Assembly: GCF_006345805.1 (NCBI RefSeq)
Contig: NC_042999.1
Coordinates: 119,970,001 to 120,034,000 of the forward strand
From: Octopus sinensis
Taxonomy: Eukaryota
Length of the DNA: 64,000 nt
Direction of reading: 5' to 3'
Under the pieces are notes generated by a model, which was not told the DNA's origin, made no database searches, and saw nothing but the letters and a program-made list of their open reading frames with translations. Below are positions 11,600-24,660 of this stretch, one piece after another. Numbering within the stretch: the stretch's first letter is position 1; every line of letters begins with the position of its first letter. A program made the position numbers and the translations under genes.

Positions 11600-13110
11600 T
11601 TTACAGGAAAATATAGCATCCGAGAACATATTTAATGATTTAATAATCATATCAACGGGGAATATTCATGGTCTTTCTAATACACAATTTACCCATACGC
11701 GTAATTGTATTGTATGGGGGTGCTTCTGCTATTACTGACCAAGACAATGAGTATTGTATATATTTTAGTTTAAGTTCTTGTATATACAAGGCTAGCATTG
11801 CAGAAGATTTAAATCTTGCGTTAGTAAAAGGGGTCAAATGGACCCTATATTTACGTTTAAAGTTTACAGTGCCTCCTATATAAATTCTTACTCTCTGTGT
11901 AGCAGGAATTTCTACAGAACACCTATATACTATACTATTAGGTAAACAGGAACCGGCTAACGGACACGCCTCCTTTATCTGACAATTACATGTCCCCCCA
12001 CATCGGTATTAATTTTCCTGTTATTAGAGGTTAAGACACCCTCAACAGTGAGGGTTTGACCTGGCGTAATGTTTACACTAGAGCTATTGTCAGTTTTGGG
12101 GTTATAGAGTTCATTATAAAGATTAGTGTGGGTAGATTTCTTAAATCTGGGTTTAGATCTATTGATGGAAGCTATGGCCGAACCTAAATTCGGACTTGTT
12201 ATGTACGACAATAACACAGATGATATATTAAAAATAGAATTATATTTATGATTTTTAGGAAAATTTTCATTCATTATCTTAAAAACAATTTGGGTACAGA
12301 TTTGACGTGAAGAGAAAATGGTTGGGCAAACCATAAAATCTCTCATTTCCTAGATTTTATCTTTTTGGTCGTATTAGACTGGTTGTGGATATCGGATTAT
12401 ATTTATGTAAATACTATGTTATTAATTCAAGCCTTATTACTAGATCGTGAGCCAGTTCTTTGGTCTGAAGAATTGTATCAGGGCTGTAAAATATTTCTTT
12501 TTTTAAAACGACTTAACTTTAAGGCTTGGCTTTAATATGGAGCGTGGGTGTTAAATATTTCCTCGTTCGCCGACAACTTTGAGAATCTAATTGAGATAGC
12601 CGTTACCATAACATCGAGGAGTGATCTAAGAGGATTATAAAGAGTTTGATTTGGTTTTCTATGTGGATAGAATAGATTAGTTTTAAGATGAAGTGTGACG
12701 GCTAAAAAATTAGCCATCTTAAGACATATTTTGAACAATATGTTTAAATTATAATTTTTAAAGAATTTTATTAAATCTTTCTTAGTGCATTCAATCTCTG
12801 GACTGGATAAATATTTAGTTGCCAAAATAGCATCATCTTTATAGAAGCCCCCAGCGATTTTAGGGAGTTGTTGCTTAATTTTTGAGAGAAGAAATAGTCC
12901 CACAAAGTCTGTTCACGAGGATCACATTGTTATATCAAAAAGGTCAGAGTTAGTATTACGGGTCCAATTTTTATCATTAAAGGTTATAAGGGTCTTTCTA
13001 GCAGTCAGGATTAAGTCTATATGAGATGCAGAAATGGATGTACAGTTTTGGACAAACGCAGTAGTATAGGTGTTATTGAGGCGTAATTATCCCTAATATC
13101 ACTAGGTAAA
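11600..13110 (-). mobile_element. Penelope-like retroelement relic (RT C-terminal half + GIY-YIG endonuclease)
   Basis: DIRDNYASITP and LFDITM (FDIxxFYPSI / LFDVTMG motifs) at ~12920-13100. ORF 12532-12903 has GGFYKDDA (GLYRDD) and NFLAVTL. ORF 11975-12346 encodes the linker. 11652-12000 translates as CNCQIKEACPLAGSCLPNSIVYRC...IYIGGT (Cys-rich linker + GIY-YIG). Stops and frameshifts throughout. Confidence 0.9.
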
Positions 13111-13116
13111 CCAACT

Positions 13117-14011
13117 TACGTAGTCTGATCAATAAGCATCCGGACTGTTGACATAGTAACGATGCTAAAGCACAAAGAGTAAAGCCGCTTGATACAGATC
13201 GACTTTGAAATCTGTTCTGCATGCACAAAAGGTTTTAACGATCTAACTCACTTCCACTGTATACAACGGTGCTTGGAAGGAACGTGCGTAGCGTGTGATC
13301 GTTGCATTGATCATGACTGAGACAGTGGAGCAGAGAATCTGCTTCAAATTTTGCCAAGCGCTTGGCGAAACCTTCTCAGAGGCCTGCGCAATGTTTTCAA
13401 AAAGGTTTCATCGTTCTCAAAACAATCAAGGAGACCTTGTGCAACTGAAACCCGGGTGTCTCTTTGGTCAGCGGAAGCAGTTTTGGCACAGAGATTGCAC
13501 ATACTCGTCTCATACTCAAATCTTCGGTGATAATGGACTGATCTGACTGTAACTAATCTGCACATCCTCTGTTAAGTCACCGATGGTAATTCAACGATTT
13601 CCCCTCACGGCTGCACGCACATTTGCGATTTTATTCTCAGTTATGCTGGTTGCGATTCTCCAAAGAGTTTTCGTCAATATCGACATTTTTCGGCCATCTT
13701 GGAAACGTATGAACCACTCGTACACTTGTGTGCGTCTCATTCATTCCTCTACATACACTTTCTGCAACTTTGCGTAGGCCTCTGAGCTGGTATTTCCATG
13801 ACAAGTTTTTGTCATGGTCAATGCACCGATCGCACGCTACACACCTTCCTTCCAAGCACTGCTTTAAATAGCAAAAATGAGTTAGAACATTAAAACTTAA
13901 TATGCATGCATAGCACAGTTCATGGTCAATCTGGGTCAAGCGGCTTTACTCTACGTGCGTTAGCTTCTTTACTATGACAACAGTGCGGATACTTATTGAT
14001 CAGACCTCGTA
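13117..14011. mobile_element. Mariner-derived foldback element made of two inward-facing 5' ends
   Basis: TACG..GTCTGATCAATAAG(C/T)ATCCG(G/C)ACTGTTG at both ends in inverted orientation, with TA termini. Plus strand encodes MTETVEQRICFKFCQALG. Minus strand encodes HTH remnants and SADQRDTRVSVAQGLLDCFENDETFLKT. Confidence 0.85.
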
Positions 14012-15065
14012 TAAAGACATTTTGTTTATGTTAATAATCTAACACCATATTTTAAACTGTTTTATTTAGAACTCTGATATTGGTTCGTTGATTTGAGGAC
14101 GAAGTAATGTACAATTGAACGAAGAAATGTACCCTCTGAAAAGGGTATGGCAGCGTACAGTAAATGCGTATGGATGTATAATGAATATAACAAAAGTTTA
14201 CTGATGAGTAAATACTTTAATATGAGTAAACAACACACGGTTCAATAACCAAAATGTTCATACTAAAAATAGTAAAAATTTATGCTGTCGAACCAAAGTA
14301 TTTCAAATAATCAAACATTTATGCGTGTGAAAAATAGACATAAAAGTAGCAGGAGTTAGATTCCATTTCAAGTATTTGAAAAAAGAAAGTAGGCAGGTGG
14401 GTCTGGTTGTGAATATGTCCCATTTACTGACATAGAGTATGGCATCGCAACGAAGAGTTCTGTCAGGAAATAATTTCGTATCTAAAACTTGAAACAAACT
14501 TCAAACATAATACGCGCTCCGAAAGCGGAACTTGCCTAAAGCAAATTGCGCCAAAATTAGTTGGTTATGAATGTGTTTTATTACTAGAAATAAATACATT
14601 TTAATGGAACATAAATTTTCTGATTTTTCCTATGGATTTCCTTAAATGAAGTACAGTCAAAATATTTAGCAAAGATATTTCTGAATGAATGAGCTTCACA
14701 GAAGAATTATATTATTTCAAATTTTAGAACAGATTCTGCCCCAATGTATAGTTCGATTGTTATGTTGCAGAACAGGAAAACCAGTATGAAATCAAAGAAC
14801 ATAAACACGTATGTGTGGTGCGTGTGTTTGTGTTTGTTTGTTTGCGTGTATGTGTGTGTCTGTGTGTCTAATGAATATTATACATTAATTCTAGCGTTAA
14901 AATGCAGACATCTGACAATGCACGAATGTCAGCTGATCAATGTAAATTGAACAATTCAACATCAGCTTCGTTTCATTCCAGTAATCTCCAACCAACTTCT
15001 ACTATCCATCTTTTTAAAAGCAAAAAAAATGAAAAGTAGTTAGGAATTGTGTTGCAATGCGTTGA

Positions 15066-15074
<9 letters not shown>

Positions 15075-15106
<32 letters not shown>

Positions 15107-15500
15107 TCTTCTCCCACTATTCTATCCTATTACTCTGACACTCTCTCCGTCAATCCTCCTCACTTACTCACGTGACTCCCACGTGACCATCGGCCATCTT
15201 TCTTTGTTTCTCTGCGTTATAGCTGGAACAAGAAAAATGTGTTCTTGTTTGTCTACTGTCCTACCTTGATTTACGCGTACGCCGCCACACCTTATTTAGG
15301 CTTAGCAAACCTTCCTGTTTGTTATTACTCTCCTGTTTGTATTACCTATTTTGACTCTCTGCAAAGTCGCAAATTTTATTTAATTTGCTTTACGGGAGCA
15401 ACTATGTTATTGAAAGAGTAAATTGTTGTTAAATGCCCGAAATACGAGACTAGAAAACTGATGAAGGGTCATTCTTTAAGTTGTTTGTTTTGTTTTTAAT
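15075..15500 (+). repeat. Unclassified interspersed repeat, related to 53430-54010
   Basis: Shares CTCCCACGTGACCATCGGCC (15176-15195 / 53649-53668), a GGGAGCA box and CGAAATAC...ACTGATGAA.GGTC.TTCTTT with the second copy; pyrimidine-rich 5' part. Confidence 0.65.
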
Positions 15501-15960
15501 TTGTGCCTTTCGTTGTTCCAGATATGCTTATATATATATATATGTATATATATAATGACCGGCCCGAGGCTTGCCTAAAGCTCCGTGCTGTTGGACTGAA
15601 TCCGAAATCACAGTTAAATAGCGAACGTTCTAACCAAGCGGTGAGGCATTGAGACACATCTATGCCTGCTCGTATACATTTTTTTCTTCAAACAGATTTT
15701 TAATGACTCGGCAATTCTAAACTAGAAAAAGCTTCTACAGTTAAACGATTTTTCCTTTCTTTCTGTTACACAGAATTATAAAATCATTTAAAATAAAAAT
15801 TCAAAATATCCTGTTTATCACACCCTAAGCAAGCGTCTCCTGTTTTAAACATTTTGGCCATATATTGAGTGAAATTAACGTATGTTTAAAGTTTCCAAAT
15901 ATTTGTTTTGTGAAACAATAAAATGATAGAAATTCTGTAGAAAAGCAATGAATTGATTAC

Positions 15961-16359
15961 TCTTTTACTCTTTTACTTGTTTCAGTCATTTGACTGCCGC
16001 CATACTGGAGCACCGTCTTTAGTCGAGCAAATCGACCCCGGGACTTATTCTTTGTAAGCCCAGTACTTATTCTATCGGTCTCTTTTGCCAAACTGCCAAG
16101 TGACGGGGACGTAAACACACCAGCATCGGTTGTCAAGCAATGCTAGGGGGACAAACACAGACACACAAACACACACACACATATATATATACATACATAT
16201 ATACGACGGCCTTCTTTCAGTTTCCGTCTGCCAAATCCACTCACAAGGCATTGGTCGGCCCGAGGCTATAGTAGAATACACTTGCCCAAGGTGCTACGGC
16301 AGTGGGACTGAACCCGGAACCATGTGGTTGGTTAGCAAGCTACTTACCACACAGCCACT
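15961..16359 (-). mobile_element. SINE family A, well preserved copy
   Basis: Minus strand AGTGGCTGTGTGGTAAGTAGCTTGCTAACCAACCACATGGTTCCGGGTTCAGTCCC (tRNA-like), CORE-like CACCTTGGGCAAGTG, internal TA/TG tract, 3' domain. Confidence 0.92.
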
Positions 16360-16591
16360 TTTTTATGAAAATATAGCTCAAGCGAAAATATTGGAAATTT
16401 TTTATAAAATTTTATTCTCCGCCCACCGTTATCTGAATATATAATAATATTATTGTAATTGACAGTTAAACAGAATTATTTTTGCTGATAAAATATTTAT
16501 TGCAAATATACGAACAAAAAATTTGTTTTATTCTTTTAATCTTAATTGTTATTTCCAAAATTTGATTATTTCTATGAGCTCCGTGAAACTT

Positions 16592-17195
16592 AAAAAGAAA
16601 TCAAATAATTTTTGTACATATCTAGCATTACTTGACATTAACCACAGTCGCAAAATTACATAATACATTCATATACTGGATAATACTCTAATAAGAAAAT
16701 TCCTTGTCAATTGCTTTGTCATGGGAAAAATCTCACACACTCATGGAGTTAATGTTAGGTGTTCTAACATTAACAGGAAGTAAAGATGGACGAAATGCTC
16801 AAGAAATTCTACCAGAACACCAACCTTCATCATTTGAACTATTAGTAAGAATTTCATTGCTAAGATGTATTTCTTAGGGATTAAGCTGTCAGCTTCTGAT
16901 TGTAAACTGGGAGGCTTGATTCCCGGTCCAGGAATCAAAACTTTGCATCGCAAAACTCGCAGGTCAATATTTAAAATGAAGTATCTAATTAATTAAACTA
17001 TAATTAAACAATTAATACTGTTTATCAATGAAAGCACCTAACATTAACTCCATATGTATATGAGATTTTTCCCATGACCAAGTATTTGACAATGAATTTT
17101 CTTATTAGAGTGTTATCCAGTATATGAATGTATCATGTAATTATAAGACTGCGGGTAACGTCTAGTAATGTACAAAAGTTATTTTATTTCTTTTT
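16592..17195. mobile_element. MITE-like element with ~170-bp imperfect terminal inverted repeats
   Basis: 16592-16763 pairs with 17034-17195, e.g. taatactctaataagaaaattc / gaattttcttattagagtgtta and catggagttaatgttaggtg / cacctaacattaactccat. No ORF. Confidence 0.75.
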
Positions 17196-17843
17196 GAATT
17201 CAAATTTCGTTATGTCCGTGAGCGCAGCATGTAATTCCATGCTATTTCGGTTTCCTCTGTTAAAAAAGAAGTTCCAACCGATAATATGAAACTCGTCAGC
17301 TGTCACATCTTCGATCTTCACTGGACCAGGGCGGGAGAACCCAGAGGTTGACTAAGTTTCCTTGCAAATGCTAAAATATATAGCGGAAGCCAATGTTTAA
17401 AAGTAATGGAATAGTTTATCCAGTTTGTGCATTATATGTAAAGAAGGTTTTATTCTTGAAAATTAAACCATTTTATTGAAACACAAGAAATAAAATATTA
17501 TTCAAGAATGGTAAATCTTATATTAAGCACTTACAGACTAAGTTACGAATGCATGATTTTCTAAAGGGAGGACGTAAATTAATTTACACCACTATTCAGT
17601 GCTTACAATGTCTAAAATACAACGATATATTCTCGTGCATGCGCACACGCATACATACACACATACAGACATATGATGAATGAGCAATAAAGGGAATTTC
17701 TTTTTACGTCACAAGAGCATAAATAAAAAAACGTTTCCCGTATATATAGTACAACCTATAACAACAATAGTGAAATTGCATATATCTGCAATAGTTCACC
17801 CCCACCCCATATTTCAGGCCTTGTACCTTTAGTAGAAAAATTA

Positions 17844-17848
17844 TTATT

Positions 17849-17889
<41 letters not shown>

Positions 17890-17910
17890 TATTGTCATTA
17901 TTATTATATA
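17844..17910. repeat. (ATC)n/(ATT)n tract following a SINE family B 3' tail fragment
   Basis: Direct reading; the preceding ccccatatttcaggccttgtacctttagtagaaa matches the family B 3' end. Confidence 0.85.
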
Positions 17911-18262
17911 GAAACAGAGCCACATACAAACGATAAATATTCATTTTCGCATTCAGTTTTCTGCCGTTACAGCACAGTGGAACATCAAAATAACTATTCA
18001 ATGTCAGATATCTAATGGCTGAAAAACTTATAGATGATATATGTAAACAACGCACTTGCTCCAAGGGATATTACTGAACTACGAGACACGGTTTTTCGGC
18101 GCGAATATCACCTGTTCAATAGTCTCGTAAACATCGCTCAGGCCATTGGAGCTAATAGAATCTGTAATTTCTATCTATAGAAAGCAACAAATGAAATGTT
18201 TGCTAGGGCGTACGATGGCTTGCCGAGCAGAAATCAAATGAAGATAGGCAAATTAAATGAAT

Positions 18263-18339
<77 letters not shown>

Positions 18340-18739
18340 AACTAAAGAAATAAATGAGAAAACAAATAGGGCAGACACAATGATGATATATATTTACACG
18401 CACACACACACACAAGAAATTATAACGAAAGAATAAGAAATCGATGTCCTGAAGTTCATAAAATTATCTTATTCTACTTCTGGGAGGGTGACCGTCCCCG
18501 TCCCGTCAAACACGTAAATTTATTGTTCCGTACGTTTACGCTTCTTTGTTGGTGCGCTTTGTCTATCTGCGTATATATAAATGTACTTGCTTTCCCAAAT
18601 AAAACTGCACTTTATGTTTGAAGCGCCGATGAAGCTTAGGGAAATACACAAGCATTCAACGAACAGCACATTGCATCATACAGGAGAAATAGATGTAAGC
18701 TAATGTATTTCATGAAGTACTTTGTTATTCCTTTGTCAT

Positions 18740-18803
<64 letters not shown>

Positions 18804-18817
18804 CTATCTATCTATCT

Positions 18818-18888
<71 letters not shown>

Positions 18889-18927
18889 ATATTATATATA
18901 TATATATATAATTATATATATATATAT

Positions 18928-18958
<31 letters not shown>

Positions 18959-18960
18959 CT
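18740..18960. repeat. Compound (TATC)n(TC)n(TA)n microsatellite
   Basis: Direct reading. Confidence 0.97.
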
Positions 18961-20279
18961 TGTCTGTCTGCCTATCAATCTATATGTGTGTATGTGTGAT
19001 TGTCTGTGTGTATGTGTGTGTATAAATATGTATGTATGAATGTATGTATGTATATAAATATACATATTCATTTACACCATCAGTACATAAATTTGACTAC
19101 TTGGCGTCATTCCCATCACAGCGTAATTTATTAGGCATGCGAGACGAATGAATGAAAAGGTCAAAACTTAGTTTTGTGCAAATGATTATACATGTTTATA
19201 TTCACAGCACTTTCACAATCATAAAGATAGATATATACATATACATATATATACGAGCAAAACGCCCCCGTCCAAACATTTAAACTAAATTTTCTCAAAA
19301 CAACTTGTCCGACTGTCCCATAGGCCTCCCCTTTGAGAAACACTGATTTAACCTAAATTTGAGACACCAGTAAGAGAAGAAATAAAAATAGACTTATTTG
19401 TATTCCAAAGAAAAACGATTTTATTCACACAAATATGTAACCAAAGAGTTTAAAGTAGCAGTAATGATAAGGCTGTTGACTCGGAGAACACAAACATGGT
19501 TTAAACAGTAAGCTTGGAAGGAAAGAAACGTGCCTTTAAGCAGCACAAAAACAACAAAAATGAAAGGTGCATTTATGTACAGGTTGGCGGAAGAAAAGCA
19601 GGTTAAAAACGGCTTTATCGATCGCATACTCACGCCCTTCCAATTACTATAGATCAGTAATGCATATTACGGCTGTACCGGTCACCTGTATGGTGAGGAA
19701 TCCTACACTGAGGTGTGGTAACGAATAGGGTAGGGTAGTTGACTGCTTATTGTGATCATTCGTCTTTTGGTTTCCTCTAGCTTTGCTTGCTTTTTCAAAC
19801 CCAGTGGGCATTCATATATTTCCGATTTCAAAGAAATTTAAGCGATAGATATAAGACACAAGTTAAAAAAGATTCTCAACAATTCAACTTCTCTGATTGT
19901 CTTTAAGATCCCCACATATTAGGGGCCTTAACTCCCACATTTTAGATCTCCATATGCTCAATTTTTCAGGAGTAAAAACCGTTGAATAGGTTCTTTAAGA
20001 CTTGGATTTTGAAATCTGGGCATAAAGATGAATACAATGGGATAAATATGTCATGATTAGAATTTTTGTTACGATGCGTCAAGAGGGAAAGAAACCTCAT
20101 TAAACTTCTTAATCTCCAATTTTGATGAAATTTGAATCATAGGTATTCCAGTTAACTAGAGAAAATATAAAAGAAAAATTCTTCAACGCCAGGTATCTCT
20201 GCTAGTATATATATATATATATAATATATATATATATTCGTTCTTTCAACATGTGATCTCTTGAGCACCACCACCAAAG

Positions 20280-20470
20280 AAATCTTTTTCCTCTGTGTTC
20301 CCTTCTCGGGATCTTTCCTTCTCCTTTGTTTCCGACGAAAAGCTCCGCTCGAAACGTTAAACCCTCCTTCCCTTCTTTCCTGAGCGTCAAATAATACTTT
20401 AATTGTTCCACGTCCTCGCGTTGCTGTGTTTTTTTCTGTGTTTTCTTGTTTGGATTAACTATATATATAT
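20280..20470 (+). repeat. Penelope-pLTR-like repeat with variant hammerhead motif (20327-20362)
   Basis: GTTT-CCGACGA-AAAGC-TCC-GCTC-GAAA-CGTT-AAAC: core variant CCGACGA, short stem II, palindromic AACGTT, 4-bp stem I. Flanked by (TA)n. Confidence 0.55.
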
Positions 20471-21096
20471 ATACATTAGATCGTCAAGTAAGAAATTTGT
20501 AGAAAAGAAAAATAATTTGCTAATGTTTTATAAATACAAGGAATAGTTTTATCCATCAAAGTATGCACCCATATTGTCAACAATACAATTTTGTCATTTC
20601 AGGGGTAGCTTGTCCAGCAGGGAACTGTAAAATACTGGCAATCTAGAGTCAATAAAATCTTGGAAGGCCTGTTTTATAGCATCGTAGGAATTAAATATTT
20701 TTCTATCAAAAATTTATCCAAATTCGGGAATAAGTGATAGTCAATGTGGGCAAGATCAGGTGAGTAAGGTGGATGATGGAGAACATACACACACAGATAT
20801 ATATGTGTGCATGTGTATCTTCTATTTTTGAATTATTATAAATCTTCCACTGAAGAGGGAGCTGGTTTCCAACAAAAATAAAAGGCTCCATCTTTAGGAT
20901 GTAGTTAACACGGACAAATTCACATATAGAACTTGAAAAAAGTCTTATGTAGGTGGAATGTATTATTCCACCTACAGATTACATTCGTAATGTACGAACT
21001 AGCTGATAGATTTCTCTTTCTGAAAATACCAGTTTATTCAGTTTCTCCTTTGAGCATTTACTACCAAAACCTAGTGCTCCAATTATGAATGCATGC

Positions 21097-21127
<31 letters not shown>

Positions 21128-21289
21128 AAATTACATATACATATAGCACAACAATGCACTATAATACAAACAATGGGATCAACAGGTATATAGCCTATTG
21201 TTTGTATCATAGTGCACTGTTGTACCATTCAAAACTTTTTATTCTTTACAAACAATACACAGTGCTTGAAGTGAACTGCAATACTCTCC

Positions 21290-21372
<83 letters not shown>

Positions 21373-22267
21373 AAATAAGAGAAATAAAATACAACTCATA
21401 AAGTAGAGAACATGTCTAGCATTTCGTGGCGAAGCGCCTGTGTAATTGAATGAAATTTGAATGTTACATCATATTTATGGAAGAAACTGTACTTTAGAAA
21501 ATACGCTTTAGCATTTCAAATGAACATTTGCATTTTTACAAGTAGTTATTTTTATTCTTATTAAATGCGAAATTCCTTGTTTTCATGTGACATATTTAAC
21601 GAACGAATTTGACCTCTATTAATTTTATGTAAATTTCAGACCATATCCTTTCTAACAAATATTCATCACGAAAATCTAATCGAGCCCTCGTTATCATGGT
21701 GGAAGAGATCTTTTCTACCTTGATGATAGAGGTTGGATTTATCGAATGTTGATTGCTTCCATTACAGTCACTTATTGTGATGGACTACATCTACTAGCAT
21801 TATGATGGATCTCCGAGCCCCCAGAAACAGTTGTTGGTTTCATAGCACCTTCCCTAACACACCTTTTATTTCCTCTCTCGTTTATACTCGGTGTAAGTTA
21901 AATCAATTAATTTAAATATCTGTATGTTTATACTTAAATATTCATTGTCTGAAAGACTACTTTAGTTTTCGCTCATTTTGCATGTATCCATATATATATA
22001 TTGTGGATTTCATACCCAAACAGTTACGTTTAATACATTTAATTTGTTTATCCTCACAGTTGCCTCCATATCTATTCAACTTGACCTCTCCCTCTTGTAT
22101 CCATTCTTTACCCCGTGAAATTGATTCCCTGATAATGACATCAGTGTCTAACTTTGAATTATTTGAGCACTACTTTCTTCTATACTGTTAATCTTGGATC
22201 TCATCCGTTAACTACGCACAGACATATATACACATAGATACATACATACACATATATATATATGCAT

Positions 22268-24660
22268 TAGAGTGACCCTTATTTTTCAACTTTCTATATT
22301 GTTCTAATTAACCAAAAAAAAGCAATCTATGCAACATTTTAGCTCAGTCGAACAACTGGAAGGCGACTATCGACCATGAAATTTCGAAGTTTTAGCACGG
22401 AAAGTAATTTTCTTCAGATAGAATTTTCTTATCTCTTATATAATTTTGTCTGAAATTAAAAACTTGTTCTGACTTATTCTTGGTAATAGAAAGATAAGTG
22501 ACAATAAATATAATGGTGAAGGCAACTTGCAAATCTGGGGACAGAGCGTAGTCATAGGGTAAACATTTATTTTTCGCCGTCATCCATTCGGCGGCTAGCT
22601 GTGAGCGAGTGAAGTTGTGAGTTGCGTTCGTCCATTGAAAAACTTTTACTGCCCCTAATGGCAGTGTTGAGAAATAACATAGGAAATATACGTCAGTGAT
22701 AAACAGTGAACTAATATGACTTGCCCGTGTTTGTAAATATAAGTTCATTTATTTCTAATAATTTGTAATCACTCATTAATTTTGGTGTGGCACATTATAA
22801 TATTGATCTTCCCCTGTTGTGTTGGTAGCCCTCACAAAGTTGTAATACCATGTTTATAACCTTTCCGTTTTTATAATGTTATGTGCTTTGTATACTTATT
22901 ATCAATGCCTTAGAACAAAATTTAGAGAAGCGAGACAGAAATACAGCACAAATTTAATCTAAACTACTGTCAAGGCATTGAAAAGGTTGATAGACTGGCA
23001 ATAATAGTAACTTTTCAAGGCAAGGAGCAACTGTTAGCAGTCCCTGAAATTCCAACATGTCCAGGATAACAGCAAACCACGGCTGTTTACCGAGCGGTGG
23101 AAGTACTTACCTATGATACAACAGAAAGCAGCAGAGTTCAAGTGAATGGTGCCAGTACAAATCTAGAAAAGTTGTTCAATCACGACCTGTTGCGTTCCCT
23201 TGCCGTCAACACATTTCTAATTTAGTCTTTAGGAGCTGTTTTGAGTCACTGATGGGTGCAAATTCTGGTCCAGACATGTAGTATTTCAAGAGATTTAGAG
23301 AAACCTGGACGGAACTCAACAAGGTTTACATAACTAGTAGCAATGAAGTGTCTGATGATGTCCGCTCTACCATTCTTGATTTCTTGAATACCACCCTTCT
23401 AAGGAAAACAACAGCGAAATGATTACCTAAAATTGTTGGGGTAACGTATACCAGGAATTGTAAATCATGATAGGTGGATGTCAAAAGCAAGTTATGCATT
23501 CAAGATGTACGTGTTTCAAGATCAGTTTCAGTTATCTCCTGAGGAGAAGAACTCTTTAAGAAGAATATACATTTTTCATGCTCAAGTGGTGTATGTTCAA
23601 GCCTGGTTTCTGTCATCAAAGCAATTAAAGCAACTTATCATGATTTCTAATTGATGTGTCATCTGACAAATTATCAGAATATTGATCAAAATATCAGTAA
23701 GGCTGCTGCCAAAAAATCCCATTCATCTCTGGTACTTAGCTCAAGAAACTGTGCCACTATCCATATTTGATGACGATGATCCAAGATAAGTGAAGGCGAA
23801 TATTGCTCAAATTATCCTGGAAGCAGACAAAGGTGAAGAAAAAGAAGAAAAAACGCAACTGAAGAGGTACATTCTGCACCAAAAATACTTTTTTCTTTCT
23901 TTTCAAACATTGAGTATACGTCTTTTGTAACTCCTGGTACGAAAATGTTCTTCACGAGGTTTTCTACCAACATCGATTTCCTCGACTAAACCCTTCAACA
24001 TGGAAGGATGATCCTAGTTACAAAAGTGGACTTGAAAAACTTGAAAAGACAGTTGTTGTGAATGATGTTGCAGAAAGAGGTGTCAAACTCATTCAGGGTT
24101 ATAATAACATTCCTACAAAAGATGAAATTGATCGTTACCGAACAACTTAAAACTTTCCAAACTGCCACTAAATCCTCTCTTATGCAAAAATAATGTTCAA
24201 TATTCAGTGTCCAGTGTTATCATTATGTTTTTGGTTGTATAGAAATTATTGCTGCAAATAAAAATGCGTTTCTCTTATAGAAGTTGCCTGTTTTATTAAG
24301 AAAACCTAATATTCATACGTTTTCTATCTTATTTCAGGATATTTTCGAATTAGTTATTGGTTAATTTGATTCAGAACTTTTTTAAACATCTGTTGGAGTT
24401 GTCTGGATGTGTCCACATAAATTTCTCTAAGAATAAAAAAGAAAATGATGGAGAAAGGGAAGAGTATACCGCTTTTGAAAACAATTAATCGTTGCGTACA
24501 CTATGTTCCAACTTCATAGCGTTTGAGGGTCACCTAGAAGTTGTCTGATTAAGGTGAAATTTTGCACACACAGTTATTTTGTTCATTGGAACAAGATTAG
24601 TGGGTGGGGGCATCAAAACTGTAACTTTCGAAATATCACCTATTGGTAAGGGCCACTCTA
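22268..24660 (+). mobile_element. hAT-superfamily (hATm-like) DNA transposon, complete ends, dead transposase
   Basis: TIRs TAGAGTGACCCT (22268-22279) and AGGGCCACTCTA (24649-24660), 11/12 match. 8-bp TSD ATATGCAT / ATATACAT. Transposase remnants ~22970-24190: DTT, CRQH, SGPD..FKRF..W, RWMSKA, HLWYLAQE, VVNDVAERGVKLIQGYN. Confidence 0.88.

Noticed and set aside
18620-18655. CCGATGA...GAAA hammerhead-like spacing
   Set aside because: No credible stem II, stem III or NUH site.
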